A stretch of DNA of 64,000 nt from Oscillospiraceae bacterium (GCA_009777355.1 WRMA01000001.1:28505-92504); one strand, 5' to 3'; shown: positions 1 through 10,696, counted from the stretch's first letter. Program-made: numbers and translations. Notes: generated by a model from the sequence alone, not told the origin.

Positions 1-495
1 TTTCTGCGGGACTATATTTCGCCGAACGGGTTCGGATACGGAATACTTGCCGCAAGTCTCGTTTTATCGGTTATGGTTCTGCCGACCATCGTCAGCGTAA
101 GTTTCGACGCGCTTAACGCCGTGCCCAAAAGTTATTACGAGGGAGCTCTCGCTCTCGGAGCGACGAGCGAACAGAGCGTTTTTAAAGTTATGCTGCCCGC
201 CGCGAAGAGCGGCATACTCGCGGCCGTCGTTCTGGCGATCGGGCGGGCAATCGGCGAGACGATGGCCGTCATAATGGTTCTCGGCAACTCGCCGGTTATG
301 CCCAAAGGCTTATTTCAGTCGGTAAGGACAATGACGTCTAACATCGCGCTCGGAGCGACGGAATTATCCGGAGACGCGGCGACCGCGCTCGTTTCTACGG
401 GAGTCGTACTGTTCGCGTTTACTTTACTGTTGAATATCAGCTTTTCGTTATTGAAAGAACAAGGGGGAGGTAAGCGTGAGAAAAAACGCCCATAA
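1..495 (+). CDS. pstC: Phosphate ABC transporter permease PstC, 5'-truncated by the window edge
   Basis: Frame 1 is open from base 1. The C-terminal permease sequence (EAA-loop-like GRAIGETMAV) is followed by pstA and pstB. Confidence 0.85.
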   Translation, partial: FLRDYISPNGFGYGILAASLVLSVMVLPTIVSVSFDALNAVPKSYYEGALALGATSEQSVFKVMLPAAKSGILAAVVLAIGRAIGETMAVIMVLGNSPVMPKGLFQSVRTMTSNIALGATELSGDAATALVSTGVVLFAFTLLLNISFSLLKEQGGGKREKKRP

Positions 496-1330
496 AAGAC
501 AGATTCTTAAATTCGCTTTTTTTAAATACATATCGCGGGGAGCTCTTTTAATCAGTCTCGCCGCCCTTTCGTCGGTCGTTATATTTATTCTTCTCCGGGG
601 AATCCCGTATATTAATATGCATTTGATATTCGGCGATTTTACTTCGAAAAATCCGTCAATCAAACCCGCTCTCATAGGAACGTTTTACTTGATTTTGATT
701 TCCGTCGGAATCGCCGCGCCGGTCGGCATAGGCAGCGCGATTTTTTTAACGGAGTACACGAACTCGAAAAGCCGGCTTATTCGCATTGTCCGGGTCGCGA
801 CTGAGACCCTGGCGGGGATTCCGTCGATTGTTTACGGCTTGTTCGGCTATCTTATTTTTGTCGTCGCCCTTGGTCTGGGATATTCGCTGATTGGCGGCGG
901 CGTTACTCTCTCGATTATGATTTTACCCGTAATCGTCCGTTCGACCGAAGAAAATCTGCTTGCGGTGCCGGCGTCGCTGCGCGAGGGGAGCTTCGCGCTC
1001 GGCAGTTCGAAAGTACGGACGATTTTTTCGGTTATTCTGCCGTGCGCCGCCAGCGGAATCGTCACGTCCTTGATTTTAGCCGTCGGGCGGGTAATATCAG
1101 AATCCGCGGTGTTAATTCTAACTATCGGAATGGTGGTTGACAGGGCGCCGGATAATTTAATCTCGCCGGGAACGAGCCTCGCTCTCGACGTTTATTATTT
1201 CGGCTCTCACGGATATCCCGAACAGGCGGCGGCGACCGCCGTCGTTCTTCTTGTTTTAGTCATGGCAATCAATATTACGGCGACTGTCCTGGGTAAAATT
1301 TTCGGAAAGGGGGAACTTGCGAATGGATAA
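476..1330 (+). CDS. pstA: Phosphate ABC transporter permease PstA
   Basis: 284-aa multi-TM permease that overlaps the pstC stop and the pstB start. Context is pstB-phoU. Confidence 0.9.
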   Translation: MRKNAHKRQILKFAFFKYISRGALLISLAALSSVVIFILLRGIPYINMHLIFGDFTSKNPSIKPALIGTFYLILISVGIAAPVGIGSAIFLTEYTNSKSRLIRIVRVATETLAGIPSIVYGLFGYLIFVVALGLGYSLIGGGVTLSIMILPVIVRSTEENLLAVPASLREGSFALGSSKVRTIFSVILPCAASGIVTSLILAVGRVISESAVLILTIGMVVDRAPDNLISPGTSLALDVYYFGSHGYPEQAAATAVVLLVLVMAINITATVLGKIFGKGELANG

Positions 1331-2084
1331 TAAATTTAATATAACGGTTAAGAACTGCGATTTATATTACGGCGATTTTCAGGCGCTGAAAAATATAAAT
1401 ATAGATATAGACGAACGCGAGGTGACCGCGTTTATCGGACCTTCGGGCTGCGGTAAATCGACTTTTATCAAAACTTTCAACAGAATGAACGATTTAATAG
1501 AGGACTGCAGAATTACGGGCGAAATAAAAATCGGGGGAGAGAATATTTACGCAAAGGGTACGGACGTGACTTTGCTGCGCAAAAATATCGGCATGGTGTT
1601 CCAGAAACCCAACCCGTTTCCCATGAGTATATATGACAACGTCGCGTTCGCGCCCCGGACTTTCGGAATAAAAAAGAAAACCGAACTTGACGCAATCGTC
1701 GAGCGTTCGCTTAAACAGGCTGGATTATGGGGAGAAGTAAAAGACAGACTGCGTAAAAACGCGATGGGCCTATCCGGAGGTCAGCAGCAGAGACTCTGCA
1801 TAGCGAGGGCTCTCGCGGCCGAACCGAAAATATTGTTGATGGACGAGCCCACAAGCGCGCTCGACCCGATTTCAACGGGTAAAATCGAGGAGTTAATCAA
1901 CGAACTGAAAGTCGATTACACAATCGTGATCGTAACGCACAATATGCAGCAGGCGACGAGAATATCGGATAAAACGGCGTTTTTTCTCCTGGGCGAGATT
2001 ATAGAGTACGCAAAAACGGGGGAATTGTTCTCGAATCCGAAAGATAAACGCGCGGAAAATTATATAACCGGACGTTTCGGATAA
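1317..2084 (+). CDS. pstB: Phosphate import ATP-binding protein PstB
   Basis: Walker [10 protein letters not shown], signature LSGGQQQRL, Walker B LLMDEP. The length is typical of PstB. Confidence 0.95.
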   Translation: MRMDNKFNITVKNCDLYYGDFQALKNINIDIDEREVTAFIGPSGCGKSTFIKTFNRMNDLIEDCRITGEIKIGGENIYAKGTDVTLLRKNIGMVFQKPNPFPMSIYDNVAFAPRTFGIKKKTELDAIVERSLKQAGLWGEVKDRLRKNAMGLSGGQQQRLCIARALAAEPKILLMDEPTSALDPISTGKIEELINELKVDYTIVIVTHNMQQATRISDKTAFFLLGEIIEYAKTGELFSNPKDKRAENYITGRFG

Positions 2085-2116
2085 CTTACTTTTCTTTTTG
2101 CAAAAAGAAAAGTAAG
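2085..2116. repeat. AT-rich perfect palindrome CTTACTTTTCTTTTT-GC-AAAAAGAAAAGTAAG, member of a hairpin family
   Basis: 15-bp arms read directly. It starts right after the pstB stop. Related copies lie at 2169-2196, 16259-16292 and 29611-29638. Confidence 0.8.
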
Positions 2117-2168
2117 CAAAAGAAAAATGATAACGCTGTAAAGATTTATGTTTTATTCGTTTTTTTGT

Positions 2169-2196
2169 TTTACTTTTTTTTCGTAAAAAAAGTAAA
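2169..2196. repeat. AT-rich palindrome TTTACTTTTTTT-TCGT-AAAAAAAGTAAA
   Basis: 12-bp arms. It uses the same ACTTTT/AAAAGT core as 2085-2116. Confidence 0.7.
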
Positions 2197-2227
2197 GAAA
2201 TATTCATAAAATAGGAGTATAATTATT

Positions 2228-2887
2228 ATGTCGATAAGGGCGAAATACGAAAAAGAGCTGCAAGGCATTTTCGACAGTCTTGTTCTGATGTGCAGACATA
2301 TAGAAGCCGCGATAGAAAAATGCGTCAAGGCTCTTACGGACTGCGACTTCGAACTTGCGCGGGACGTCTTCGAGGAAGAAAAGCAAATCGACGAAATGGA
2401 GCGGAGCATCGAACAGGCGTGCTTTAAGATTCTGCTGATGGAAACCCCCGTCGCAAGGGATTTCCGGGAAGTTTCGGCCGCCTTGAAGATGATAACGGAC
2501 CTCGAGAGAATCGGCGACCAGGCGAGGGATATAGCCGAAATAGCGATTCAGTTCAAAGACGAGGGATATATAAAAAAGCTGACCGACATTACAAAAATGG
2601 CCGTAATAGTGATTCAAATGGTAAAGGACGGGGTACAGGCGTATATTAACAGGGATTTGGAGCTTGCGCGCTCGCTCGACGCGACCGACGATAAAGTAGA
2701 CGGACTGTTCAATAAAGTCATGGCGGACTGTATAGAGCTGGTAAAAAAAGACCCCGACAATGCGGAACAGGCCGTGATGCTCCTGATGATAAACAAATAT
2801 TTAGAACGCATAGGCGACCATGCGGTTAATATAGGCGAATGGGTCGAGTTTGCCTTAACCGGGTCTCACCCGAAAAAAATAAAATAG
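2228..2887 (+). CDS. phoU: Phosphate signalling regulator PhoU
   Basis: 219 aa with two PhoU repeats (ERIGDQARDIAE and ERIGDHAVNIGE), downstream of pstB. Confidence 0.9.
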   Translation: MSIRAKYEKELQGIFDSLVLMCRHIEAAIEKCVKALTDCDFELARDVFEEEKQIDEMERSIEQACFKILLMETPVARDFREVSAALKMITDLERIGDQARDIAEIAIQFKDEGYIKKLTDITKMAVIVIQMVKDGVQAYINRDLELARSLDATDDKVDGLFNKVMADCIELVKKDPDNAEQAVMLLMINKYLERIGDHAVNIGEWVEFALTGSHPKKIK

Positions 2888-2899
2888 AAGAGAGAGTTT

Positions 2900-3574
2900 A
2901 TGAAACAAATTATTTACGCGGTCGAGGACGACGCCGCTTTACAGGAATTATACGGATATTTGCTGGAGGACGATTTTGACTGCCGCTCGTTTTATGACGG
3001 CGGAACGCTTTTCGCCGAATTGTCAAAAGCTATTCCCGACCTTATTTTACTCGATATAATGCTGCCCGGAGACGACGGATTCGCGATATTATCGAGATTG
3101 AAAGCGGACAAGAAAACTTCGCATATTCCCGTTATTATGATTTCGGCGAAAGGCGAGGAAATATCAAAAGTCAAAGGCTTGAACATGGGAGCGGACGATT
3201 ATATAGCGAAACCGTTCGGAGTTCTCGAATTTACGGCGAGAATCAAAGCGAATCTGCGTAAGAATAATAAACGGGCGGCCGAAAATATTATCTATAAAGA
3301 TATAATTATCGATTTTTCCAAACATCAGATTACGGTAAATAATAATCAGATTCAGACGACGCTCAAAGAATATAATCTGCTGCGCTTACTATGCGGAAAC
3401 GCGGGAAAAGTGCAGGTTCGGGAGGTTATATTCGATAAAGTCTGGGGAGATAATTTTATAGGGGAAACCCGGACGCTCGATATTCACATAAAAGAACTGC
3501 GTAAAAAGCTGTCGGAAGCAGAAAGTCAGGTTACGATTCAAACGATACGAGGGGTGGGATATATGCTGATATGA
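2900..3574 (+). CDS. phoP: OmpR/PhoB-family response regulator (PhoP-like)
   Basis: Receiver domain (DLILLDIMLPGDDG) plus a winged-helix C-terminus (IQTIRGVGYML). The symbol is assigned from the pst-phoU context. Confidence 0.75.
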   Translation: MKQIIYAVEDDAALQELYGYLLEDDFDCRSFYDGGTLFAELSKAIPDLILLDIMLPGDDGFAILSRLKADKKTSHIPVIMISAKGEEISKVKGLNMGADDYIAKPFGVLEFTARIKANLRKNNKRAAENIIYKDIIIDFSKHQITVNNNQIQTTLKEYNLLRLLCGNAGKVQVREVIFDKVWGDNFIGETRTLDIHIKELRKKLSEAESQVTIQTIRGVGYMLI

Positions 3575-5262
3575 AGAAACGATTATTTTTTTACCCGATA
3601 CTGATTTTATTGCTCGGACTGAGCGTCTTTTTTACCGCGTCCGTTTATATAACGCGGGAAAATAATTTTAATATTGCCGAAAAGTCGGTTATTGAAATAA
3701 CGCATATACTTGCGGGATTATATAACCGGGATACGGAACCCGAATTATTCGTTCAGTCGGGAGATAACGCGAGAATCACGGTTATATCTCCGGACGGCGG
3801 GGTCTTAGCGGACAGCCGCCCGCTTGATTTAAACACGGCGGACAATCATCTCGACCGTCCTGAAATTCAGGCGGCGGCGAATGGTTTACCTGCCGCATAC
3901 GTCCGTTATTCCGAAACGCTCGGTATCGATTTAATCTATTACGCCTTAAAGGCTGAAACCGGCGGCGGCTATGTTTTTATCCGCGCCGCAGTTCCCGCGG
4001 AGGAAATAAACGCATATTTATATAAATCTCTGCCTTTATTAATCTCCGTATTGATTGCCGTCGCTTTGTTATGCTTCGTTTTTATCCGCGGCATGGTAAA
4101 CCGTATTACGAGACCGTTTACGGCCGTCGAGAGCAAATTACGGTTATTATCAAGCGGCGGATACGTTTCCGAACCCGCCGCCGGCAGTTATGAAGAAATA
4201 AATAAAATAGTAAGGGAAATCGACGAAATAGCCCTTGTTTTACAAGACAGCTTCGATTCGCTGGGGAACGAAAAAACCAAACTCGACTATATTCTAAATA
4301 ACATCGGGGACGGTATCTTTGCCGTCGACCAAAATAAAAACGTTACTTTGATAAATAACTCCGCGCTTAATATTTTCGGCGTGACGCCGGATATATCCGA
4401 TAAAAACTTAAATTATCTAACCTCGGATAAAATTCTTATCGGAGCGGTTGAGGACTGCGTTAAAACTTCAAACAACGCGCTTTTCGAGATTTTGATAAAC
4501 GGAAAAATATATCTTGTCACGGTAAAAAGACCTCCCGATACGAAACTGATTACGGCGGTTTTATCAGACGTTACGGAGAACCGGGAGAATGCCAAACGGC
4601 GCGAGGAATTTTTCGCGAACGCTTCGCATGAGCTTAAAACTCCCCTGACCGCGATTAAAGGTTTTAACGAATTGACCGCGATTAACAATAAAGACGATAA
4701 CATAAAAAAATATATCGACAGTATTACCCGCGAAACGGACCGTATGCTTTCGCTTATCGGCGATATGTTAAAATTGTCCGAACTTGAGAATGCGCGTAGC
4801 ATAAACCCCGCGCCGGTATCGCTTGCGGATATAGTGAAAGAAGTCGCCGATACGATGTCGGTTGCCGTCAACGAAAAAGGAATATCCCTGACTTTTACGG
4901 GAGACGGCGCGATTACGGCCGAGCAGGGACATATTTACGAACTTGTAAAAAATCTTGTCGAAAACGCGGCGCGTTACAACAATCAGGGCGGTAAGGTTTC
5001 GATTATTATCGAAAACTGTAATAAAACTGTGAAACTTACGGTTTCCGACGACGGCATAGGTATCTCTCCCGCAGAACAGACGAGAATATTCGAACGCTTT
5101 TACCGCGTCGAAAAAAGCCGCTCGCAGCGCGGCGGCGGCACGGGTTTGGGACTTTCGATAGTTAAGCATATATGCTCGCTGTACGACTGGAAATTATCAT
5201 TGAAAAGCAAACTCGGAGTCGGGACCGATATAACGGTGGATTTTAACCGCCGTATCCAATAG
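3571..5262 (+). CDS. phoR: Sensor histidine kinase (PhoR-like): two TM segments, extracytoplasmic domain, PAS, HisKA, HATPase
   Basis: H-box FFANASHELKTPLT and G-box GGGTGLGLSIV. There is a 4-nt ATGA overlap with the regulator gene. Confidence 0.75.
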   Translation: MKKRLFFYPILILLLGLSVFFTASVYITRENNFNIAEKSVIEITHILAGLYNRDTEPELFVQSGDNARITVISPDGGVLADSRPLDLNTADNHLDRPEIQAAANGLPAAYVRYSETLGIDLIYYALKAETGGGYVFIRAAVPAEEINAYLYKSLPLLISVLIAVALLCFVFIRGMVNRITRPFTAVESKLRLLSSGGYVSEPAAGSYEEINKIVREIDEIALVLQDSFDSLGNEKTKLDYILNNIGDGIFAVDQNKNVTLINNSALNIFGVTPDISDKNLNYLTSDKILIGAVEDCVKTSNNALFEILINGKIYLVTVKRPPDTKLITAVLSDVTENRENAKRREEFFANASHELKTPLTAIKGFNELTAINNKDDNIKKYIDSITRETDRMLSLIGDMLKLSELENARSINPAPVSLADIVKEVADTMSVAVNEKGISLTFTGDGAITAEQGHIYELVKNLVENAARYNNQGGKVSIIIENCNKTVKLTVSDDGIGISPAEQTRIFERFYRVEKSRSQRGGGTGLGLSIVKHICSLYDWKLSLKSKLGVGTDITVDFNRRIQ

Positions 5263-5289
5263 TTTTTATATAATTCAACTAATCCTCCG

Positions 5290-5319
5290 TTGACTTTTAT
5301 TAATAAACTATGATATAAT
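5290..5319 (+). promoter_or_regulatory. SigmaA-type promoter TTGACT-N18-TATAAT for the arabinofuranosidase gene
   Basis: Hexamers read directly, ~45 nt upstream of the GGAGG RBS and ATG at 5363. Confidence 0.55.
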
Positions 5320-5362
5320 TAGAAAAATTTATTATTTTTATAAACGGAGGATTTATATATTT

Positions 5363-6865
5363 ATGCTGAAAATGATTATATCGCATGATACCCCGGGTTC
5401 TAAAATCGACAAAAATATCTACGGGCATTTCAGCGAGCATCTCGGACGGTGCATTTACGGCGGCCTGTTTGTCGGCGAAGATTCGGATATTCCCAACGTC
5501 AACGGAATGAGAACCGACGTCGTAAACGCTCTCAAAGAAATAAAAATACCGGTATTGAGATGGCCGGGCGGCTGCTTCGCGGACGAATATCACTGGATGG
5601 ACGGAATCGGCGAGAAAGAAAAACGCAAAAAAATGATTAATACCCATTGGGGAGGAGTGGTCGAGGACAACAGTTTCGGGACCCATGAGTTTTTCGAGCT
5701 GTGCAGACAGCTTGAATGTGAGCCGTATATCTGCGGAAACGTCGGCAGCGGAACGGTAAGGGAGATGCAGGAATGGGTCGAGTATATAACTTTCGACGGA
5801 CTGTCTCCCATGTCGCAGACGAGACGGGATAACGGTCAGGAAAATCCGTGGAAAATCAAATACTGGGGAGTAGGCAACGAGAACTGGGGCTGCGGCGGAA
5901 ACATGACGGCCGAATATTACGCAAACGAATACAAGAGATACGCGACTTATGTCAGAAATTTCGCGGGGAATATAATCCGTAAAATCGCGTGCGGACCGAA
6001 CGCCGCGGATTATCGCTGGACAGAAGTTTTAATGCGCGAGGTAAGATACATGATGTGGGGTTTAACTCTGCATTATTATACTATACCCACGGGAGACTGG
6101 GGGAAAAAAGGCAGCGCGACCGATTTTGACGAGAAGATTTATTTCGACACTATGAAATCGACCCTCAAAATGGACGAGTATATAACCCGCCACAAAACGA
6201 TTATGGACAAATACGACCCGGACAAAGCCATAGCCCTGCTTGTGGACGAATGGGGAATCTGGACGGACGCCGAACCCGGAACGAACCCCGGATTTTTATA
6301 TCAGCAGAACAGTTTGAGAGACGCTCTGATTGCGGCCGTGAATTTTGACATATTCAATAAACATTCGGACAGGGTTAAAATGGCGAATATCGCCCAGACC
6401 GTAAACGTTCTTCAGGCAGTCGTCTTAACAGATAACGAAAAGCGGATTTCACAAATGCTGCTTACGCCGACTTATTACGCTTTTAAATTATACACGGTTC
6501 ATCACGACGCGAATTTACTTCCCGTTTATTTTAATTCCCCGGACTATTGGAACGAAAACGGCGGCGAGAAGATACCGGCGGTTTCAAACACCGCGTCGAT
6601 AAACAAATCCGGAGAGATAAATATAACGCTGACAAATATCGACGCGAATAAACCTCATGAACTCGAGATTGATTTGAGGGGTAAAGATTTGGACGCGAAT
6701 AATATCTCGGCGCAGATTTTAACGGGGGAATACGTAACGTCTCACAACACGTTCGAAAACGGCGGCAACGTTATAATTAAGCCGTACGCGAATTACGCGC
6801 TGAAAGATAGTAAGCTGAATGTCAGGCTCGAGCCGAAATCGCTGATATTATTAAAAATAAAATAA
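5363..6865 (+). CDS. abfA: Alpha-L-arabinofuranosidase, glycoside hydrolase family 51
   Basis: 500 aa. The N-terminal [30 protein letters not shown] and [12 protein letters not shown] motifs are typical of GH51. Confidence 0.9.
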   Translation: MLKMIISHDTPGSKIDKNIYGHFSEHLGRCIYGGLFVGEDSDIPNVNGMRTDVVNALKEIKIPVLRWPGGCFADEYHWMDGIGEKEKRKKMINTHWGGVVEDNSFGTHEFFELCRQLECEPYICGNVGSGTVREMQEWVEYITFDGLSPMSQTRRDNGQENPWKIKYWGVGNENWGCGGNMTAEYYANEYKRYATYVRNFAGNIIRKIACGPNAADYRWTEVLMREVRYMMWGLTLHYYTIPTGDWGKKGSATDFDEKIYFDTMKSTLKMDEYITRHKTIMDKYDPDKAIALLVDEWGIWTDAEPGTNPGFLYQQNSLRDALIAAVNFDIFNKHSDRVKMANIAQTVNVLQAVVLTDNEKRISQMLLTPTYYAFKLYTVHHDANLLPVYFNSPDYWNENGGEKIPAVSNTASINKSGEINITLTNIDANKPHELEIDLRGKDLDANNISAQILTGEYVTSHNTFENGGNVIIKPYANYALKDSKLNVRLEPKSLILLKIK

Positions 6866-6871
6866 ATATCT

Positions 6872-9337
6872 TTACGGTATGGTTAGTTCGTCTGTCTTCG
6901 CGGACGCGGGCTTCGATGCTGTCGCCGCCGCCCATACTACATACTTATCGCCCGTCTTTACTTCAATATCTTGTTTCGAAGCCCCTGTCGTCCGTACCTC
7001 GCCGCCGTTGACCGTGTAGTTCATGCTTGCCTTGAGTTTCATAATGCCGTTCTTTGCCGATACTTTCGGCGCTTTCGCGAGCGAACGGGCCGTTACCTTT
7101 TTGGGGCGCGGACTGGGGGTATATACGTTGCCTTCATACTTTGCGGCGGCTTTGATAAACCTTACGTCTTTTGCCTTTTCTGTTGTAAGAACCGGGATTC
7201 CGCCGTCAGATACCGGCGAATATACGGGAATGTCGGTCTTGTTCTCAATACGCTGCGATACTAATATTTTTTCCGCCGCCTCCGCCGCGGCCTTGCCGTC
7301 GGCTATTACCCAGCCGCCCGGTTCGCTCGCGCCCGCCGCTATCGCATAATTTATCGTCAACTTCCGCGTTTCTTTCGGACGGCCGTCTATTTTGGGGAAT
7401 TTAACGACGGCCGCGCCTTCTGCGGGTTTGCCTTTGTTATCGCCTTTTGCGGCGTCGAGTTCTCCGCTTGTCAAATGCAGCGTCGTCTCTTTATTTAACA
7501 GTTTCGCCAGCAGTTTGTCGTCGAACGGCTTACTCCATTTTTTCCATTTGACTCCGCCGTTAACGCTGTACGCCTTTACGGCGAAGCCGGCAAGGGTTAT
7601 TCTCTCCTGAGTCAGGTTGATGAAGATTCCGTCGTTATCCGACGGAACGATTACGTCTCCGGAATCGTTGATTCTTATGGGTTCTGCATTACGCAGAAAC
7701 GGATAGCCGTCGTTTTTTCCGTCTTCGATAGCCCATATAGTATCAAAGTCGAATCCGGCGAAAACAGCCGCGGCGGTCGCGGCGTTTTTCATCTGCTCCG
7801 TCGTGAGTCCGAAGCCCCACGTGTCGTTGAAGGTCGTCCAGCCGTGTCTGCGTTTAGGAACAGATTCTCCGTTTATTATTTGGTCGCTGTCCGTGTTCCA
7901 GTAAACGTTAGTAAACGTCGCGAGCCCCCAGCTGGCGCTGTCGTTCTGGCGACCGGTAATCGCTCCGGTGTACGCTCCGGTTTGCTGCTGGTCGCCGGCC
8001 GCCGTTCCCTTGGTATCCACTTCGATATTTCCGGTATTGTAACAGTTTGTATATGCCGCGTTACAGTCGGCTTCACCGGAGATTCCGCCCGTGTATGCGG
8101 TCGCCACGTTTTCGGTTTTGATATTTCCCGTATTGTAGCAGTTCGTAAGCTTGGATGAATTGGGATTATTTTGTATTCCTCTGGCGAACCCTATTATGCC
8201 GCCTACCCGAGCCGGCAAGGCCGTCCAGCGGGCATAGAAATTCGCGTATATATCGCCGCTGTTGAAACATTCGCCAATGATAAATATGGGGTTTTGGGTA
8301 ATCGCCATACCGCCGGCGATACCCCCGATGTAGTTGTTTCCCCCGCTTCCGTTTCCCGTAAGGGTAACGCGGGCGGCGTTGAAACTTCTCGTAAAAGTAT
8401 TTACGCCTCCGCTCGAGTGTCCGGCGATTCCGCCTATGACCCCGCTGCCTCCTCCCGTGAACCCGCTTACGCTTCCGAGGTTATAGCAGTTCGTAATAGT
8501 ATAACCGTCGCCGCTGCCGACGATTCCGCCCGCGTAGACGTCCCTGGCGAGGGAGGACGACGACGAATCGGATAGAATCGTTCCGGTATTATAGCAGTTT
8601 TCGATAACGCCGGAAGACATTCCCGCAATACCCCCGGCTGTGAAATATTGTCCTCTGACGCCGTTTCGGGCGGTAATATCGGCGGCGTTGTAGCTGTTGG
8701 AAATAGTTGCGCCGACAGATACGCGTCCGGCTATTCCTCCCGCCGCGCCCCAATGAATTTCGACGCGGTTTATAATACTGCCGGTCACGTAGCAGTTATC
8801 GATAACGGAAATTCCCCTGACCATGCCGGCAATTCCGCCCTGCGACTGATATTCTCCGGCGTAAGGCGATTCGCCTATTGTTTCCACTCCGGAAGAAACA
8901 TCCATGCCGACTCCCGTAAGGCCAAGGTTTCTGATTGTCGCGTCCTCGACGGCTCCGAACAGACCGGACTGGTCGAAACGCCCCGTTATTCTGAGACCTT
9001 CGATTGTGTTTCCCCGTCCGTCGAAAACTCCGGTAAAGGGCGCGTAAAAGTCACCGATCGGCTTCCATTCGCCGTCTAAAGTAATGCCGCCGCTCAAATG
9101 ATACGTACCGTTTAACGGGTATGACGGATTTGTTCCTATCATTGCCAATTCGGCCGCGGTTCCGACGGCTATGGAATCCGCCGGCGGACTGCCGGGGGAA
9201 ACGGCCGCGATAAAGCCGTTATTATTAGCTTTAACCGGACTTGCGGCGGCAGTCAAACCGCCGAAAGTAAAAAATGAGATAATCATTGCGAGAATCAGAG
9301 CAGCGCTTGCTATCCGCTTCGGTAAATTTGCTTTCAC
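6872..9337 (-). CDS. Secreted 821-aa protein with GLUG-type (NCYNTG...GGIAG) beta-helix repeats and C-terminal Ig-like region
   Basis: GTG start and signal peptide MKANLPKRIASAALILAMIISFFTFGGLTAAA. There are about 8 degenerate repeats ending in GGIAG/GGIVG, then a GLTTEQMK...DGYPFL segment. Confidence 0.8.
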   Translation of the reverse strand: MKANLPKRIASAALILAMIISFFTFGGLTAAASPVKANNNGFIAAVSPGSPPADSIAVGTAAELAMIGTNPSYPLNGTYHLSGGITLDGEWKPIGDFYAPFTGVFDGRGNTIEGLRITGRFDQSGLFGAVEDATIRNLGLTGVGMDVSSGVETIGESPYAGEYQSQGGIAGMVRGISVIDNCYVTGSIINRVEIHWGAAGGIAGRVSVGATISNSYNAADITARNGVRGQYFTAGGIAGMSSGVIENCYNTGTILSDSSSSSLARDVYAGGIVGSGDGYTITNCYNLGSVSGFTGGGSGVIGGIAGHSSGGVNTFTRSFNAARVTLTGNGSGGNNYIGGIAGGMAITQNPIFIIGECFNSGDIYANFYARWTALPARVGGIIGFARGIQNNPNSSKLTNCYNTGNIKTENVATAYTGGISGEADCNAAYTNCYNTGNIEVDTKGTAAGDQQQTGAYTGAITGRQNDSASWGLATFTNVYWNTDSDQIINGESVPKRRHGWTTFNDTWGFGLTTEQMKNAATAAAVFAGFDFDTIWAIEDGKNDGYPFLRNAEPIRINDSGDVIVPSDNDGIFINLTQERITLAGFAVKAYSVNGGVKWKKWSKPFDDKLLAKLLNKETTLHLTSGELDAAKGDNKGKPAEGAAVVKFPKIDGRPKETRKLTINYAIAAGASEPGGWVIADGKAAAEAAEKILVSQRIENKTDIPVYSPVSDGGIPVLTTEKAKDVRFIKAAAKYEGNVYTPSPRPKKVTARSLAKAPKVSAKNGIMKLKASMNYTVNGGEVRTTGASKQDIEVKTGDKYVVWAAATASKPASAKTDELTIP

Positions 9338-9474
9338 GTTAAAAATCCTCCTTAATTTCTTGCATACTGAAATATTTCTGAAAGGCTTACCCGCCCTCTT
9401 ATTTATTCTATCGAAAAAATTTATGCAATCTTTAAGGACGTTGCTCTCACCCCGTGTGAGTATTTCGCGAAATT

Positions 9475-10425
9475 TTATGATTTAACCCGGTTCTGCTTTT
9501 CTGTAACCGACAGGATTGTCACGACTGCCGGAACCGCGGCGAGCGTTATAATAGTCTCCGGCAGCATATACTGGAGATTATATATTATAGAATAAACCCA
9601 CGCGCCGACCGTGTGAACGTATTCGTTCCAGCTCTGCGTCTTGGTTATTTCATACCAGACGGCAGCCCCCACGATGACGTGAGCCGCGTATCTTAAAACG
9701 CAGACCAGAAGAGTCGCCGCCGACGCAATCACTATTTTTTTACCCTTGCTTTCCGCTTTTTTAACAAAACTCTTAAAAAATCCCGCCGTTCCTATAAGAG
9801 TGTACGCGAGTACATAATCGATAAGACTGCTGACGATTATGAGATTACGGCTTATGCCCGCGATTCCCGCGACGCTTCCGAGTCCGTATAGAAGCAAATA
9901 CGCCGCCGAATAAACGAACGCGGTAGCGTATCCCCATAAAACGCCCCGTCTCAACCCGATTATAATAAGGGGAACCATGCTGAACAGAGTGACAGAACCC
10001 CCGAGAGGAGCTCTCCAAATTTTTGTGTAAAGAGATAAAACCACTGCGACCGAAACCATTACCGAACATTCTATTATAATTCTCAGATTCTCCTGAGAAT
10101 TACGCTTAACGGCATTTGATTTGATAAACATTAAAATCAAAACCGAACCCGCGATAAACATCGCAAGCGATATAATCATTACCGCAATCGTTGAGATTTC
10201 AACCGCCGAAAGAGGATGCCTGAATCTGATTCTCTGTAAATTCTCCCTTATAATCTCTTCGTTCGCCTCCCAAAATCCACCGGCTAAAAAATCCTCTCCC
10301 AGAAATCTGATTTCCGAACCCCAGTTCATAATTACAATCGCGCATACCGTTCCGATAATTCCGGAAATTAACATTATTAACCCAACCGCCAAATCTTTTT
10401 TGTTTTTCATAAAAAAACGCGCCAT
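9475..10425 (-). CDS. thiT: Thiamine transporter ThiT-like membrane protein (ECF S-component) with ~110-aa N-terminal 2-TM extension
   Basis: The C-terminal ~200 aa looks ThiT/YuaJ-like by recall. A TPP riboswitch lies directly upstream on the same strand. Confidence 0.7.
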   Translation of the reverse strand: MARFFMKNKKDLAVGLIMLISGIIGTVCAIVIMNWGSEIRFLGEDFLAGGFWEANEEIIRENLQRIRFRHPLSAVEISTIAVMIISLAMFIAGSVLILMFIKSNAVKRNSQENLRIIIECSVMVSVAVVLSLYTKIWRAPLGGSVTLFSMVPLIIIGLRRGVLWGYATAFVYSAAYLLLYGLGSVAGIAGISRNLIIVSSLIDYVLAYTLIGTAGFFKSFVKKAESKGKKIVIASAATLLVCVLRYAAHVIVGAAVWYEITKTQSWNEYVHTVGAWVYSIIYNLQYMLPETIITLAAVPAVVTILSVTEKQNRVKS

Positions 10426-10562
10426 CCTTTCTTAAATTTTTAAATTTAAATAAATATATAAAAACCGCGCAAATAATCCCGATTCAATCGCGCGGTTCGC
10501 ATACGTTAAGAACAGCGGAGCCGGCTTTTTTTTTCAAAAAAAGCGGCTGTCCAAAACATAAT

Positions 10563-10650
10563 CTTCCCTACGTTGGCATTACCCATATCAGGTTATAAGG
10601 GACAGCGGATTTTTACTTAAATCCGCATCTCAGCCCTGCGGCGCCCCCGA
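10563..10650 (-). promoter_or_regulatory. TPP (THI-box) riboswitch
   Basis: The minus strand reads GGGGCGCCGCAGGGCUGAGAUGCGG...CCGCUGUCCCUUAUAACCUGAUAUGGGUAAUGCCAACGUAGGGAAG. It contains the CUGAGA and ACCUGAU..GGNUAAUGCC..CGUAGGGAA cores. Confidence 0.9.
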
Positions 10651-10696
10651 CTATTTAATTGCGGTTATTATTTTTTATGAGTTTCAGCAAAGTTTC

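Noticed and set aside
7844-9079. Several 100-143-aa plus-strand ORFs inside the 821-aa gene. Similar antisense ORFs occur inside the amidase-domain gene (27702-28516), glgB, E1, E2 and other genes.
   Set aside because: These are antisense frames of strongly supported genes. They show no RBS and no recognisable domains.
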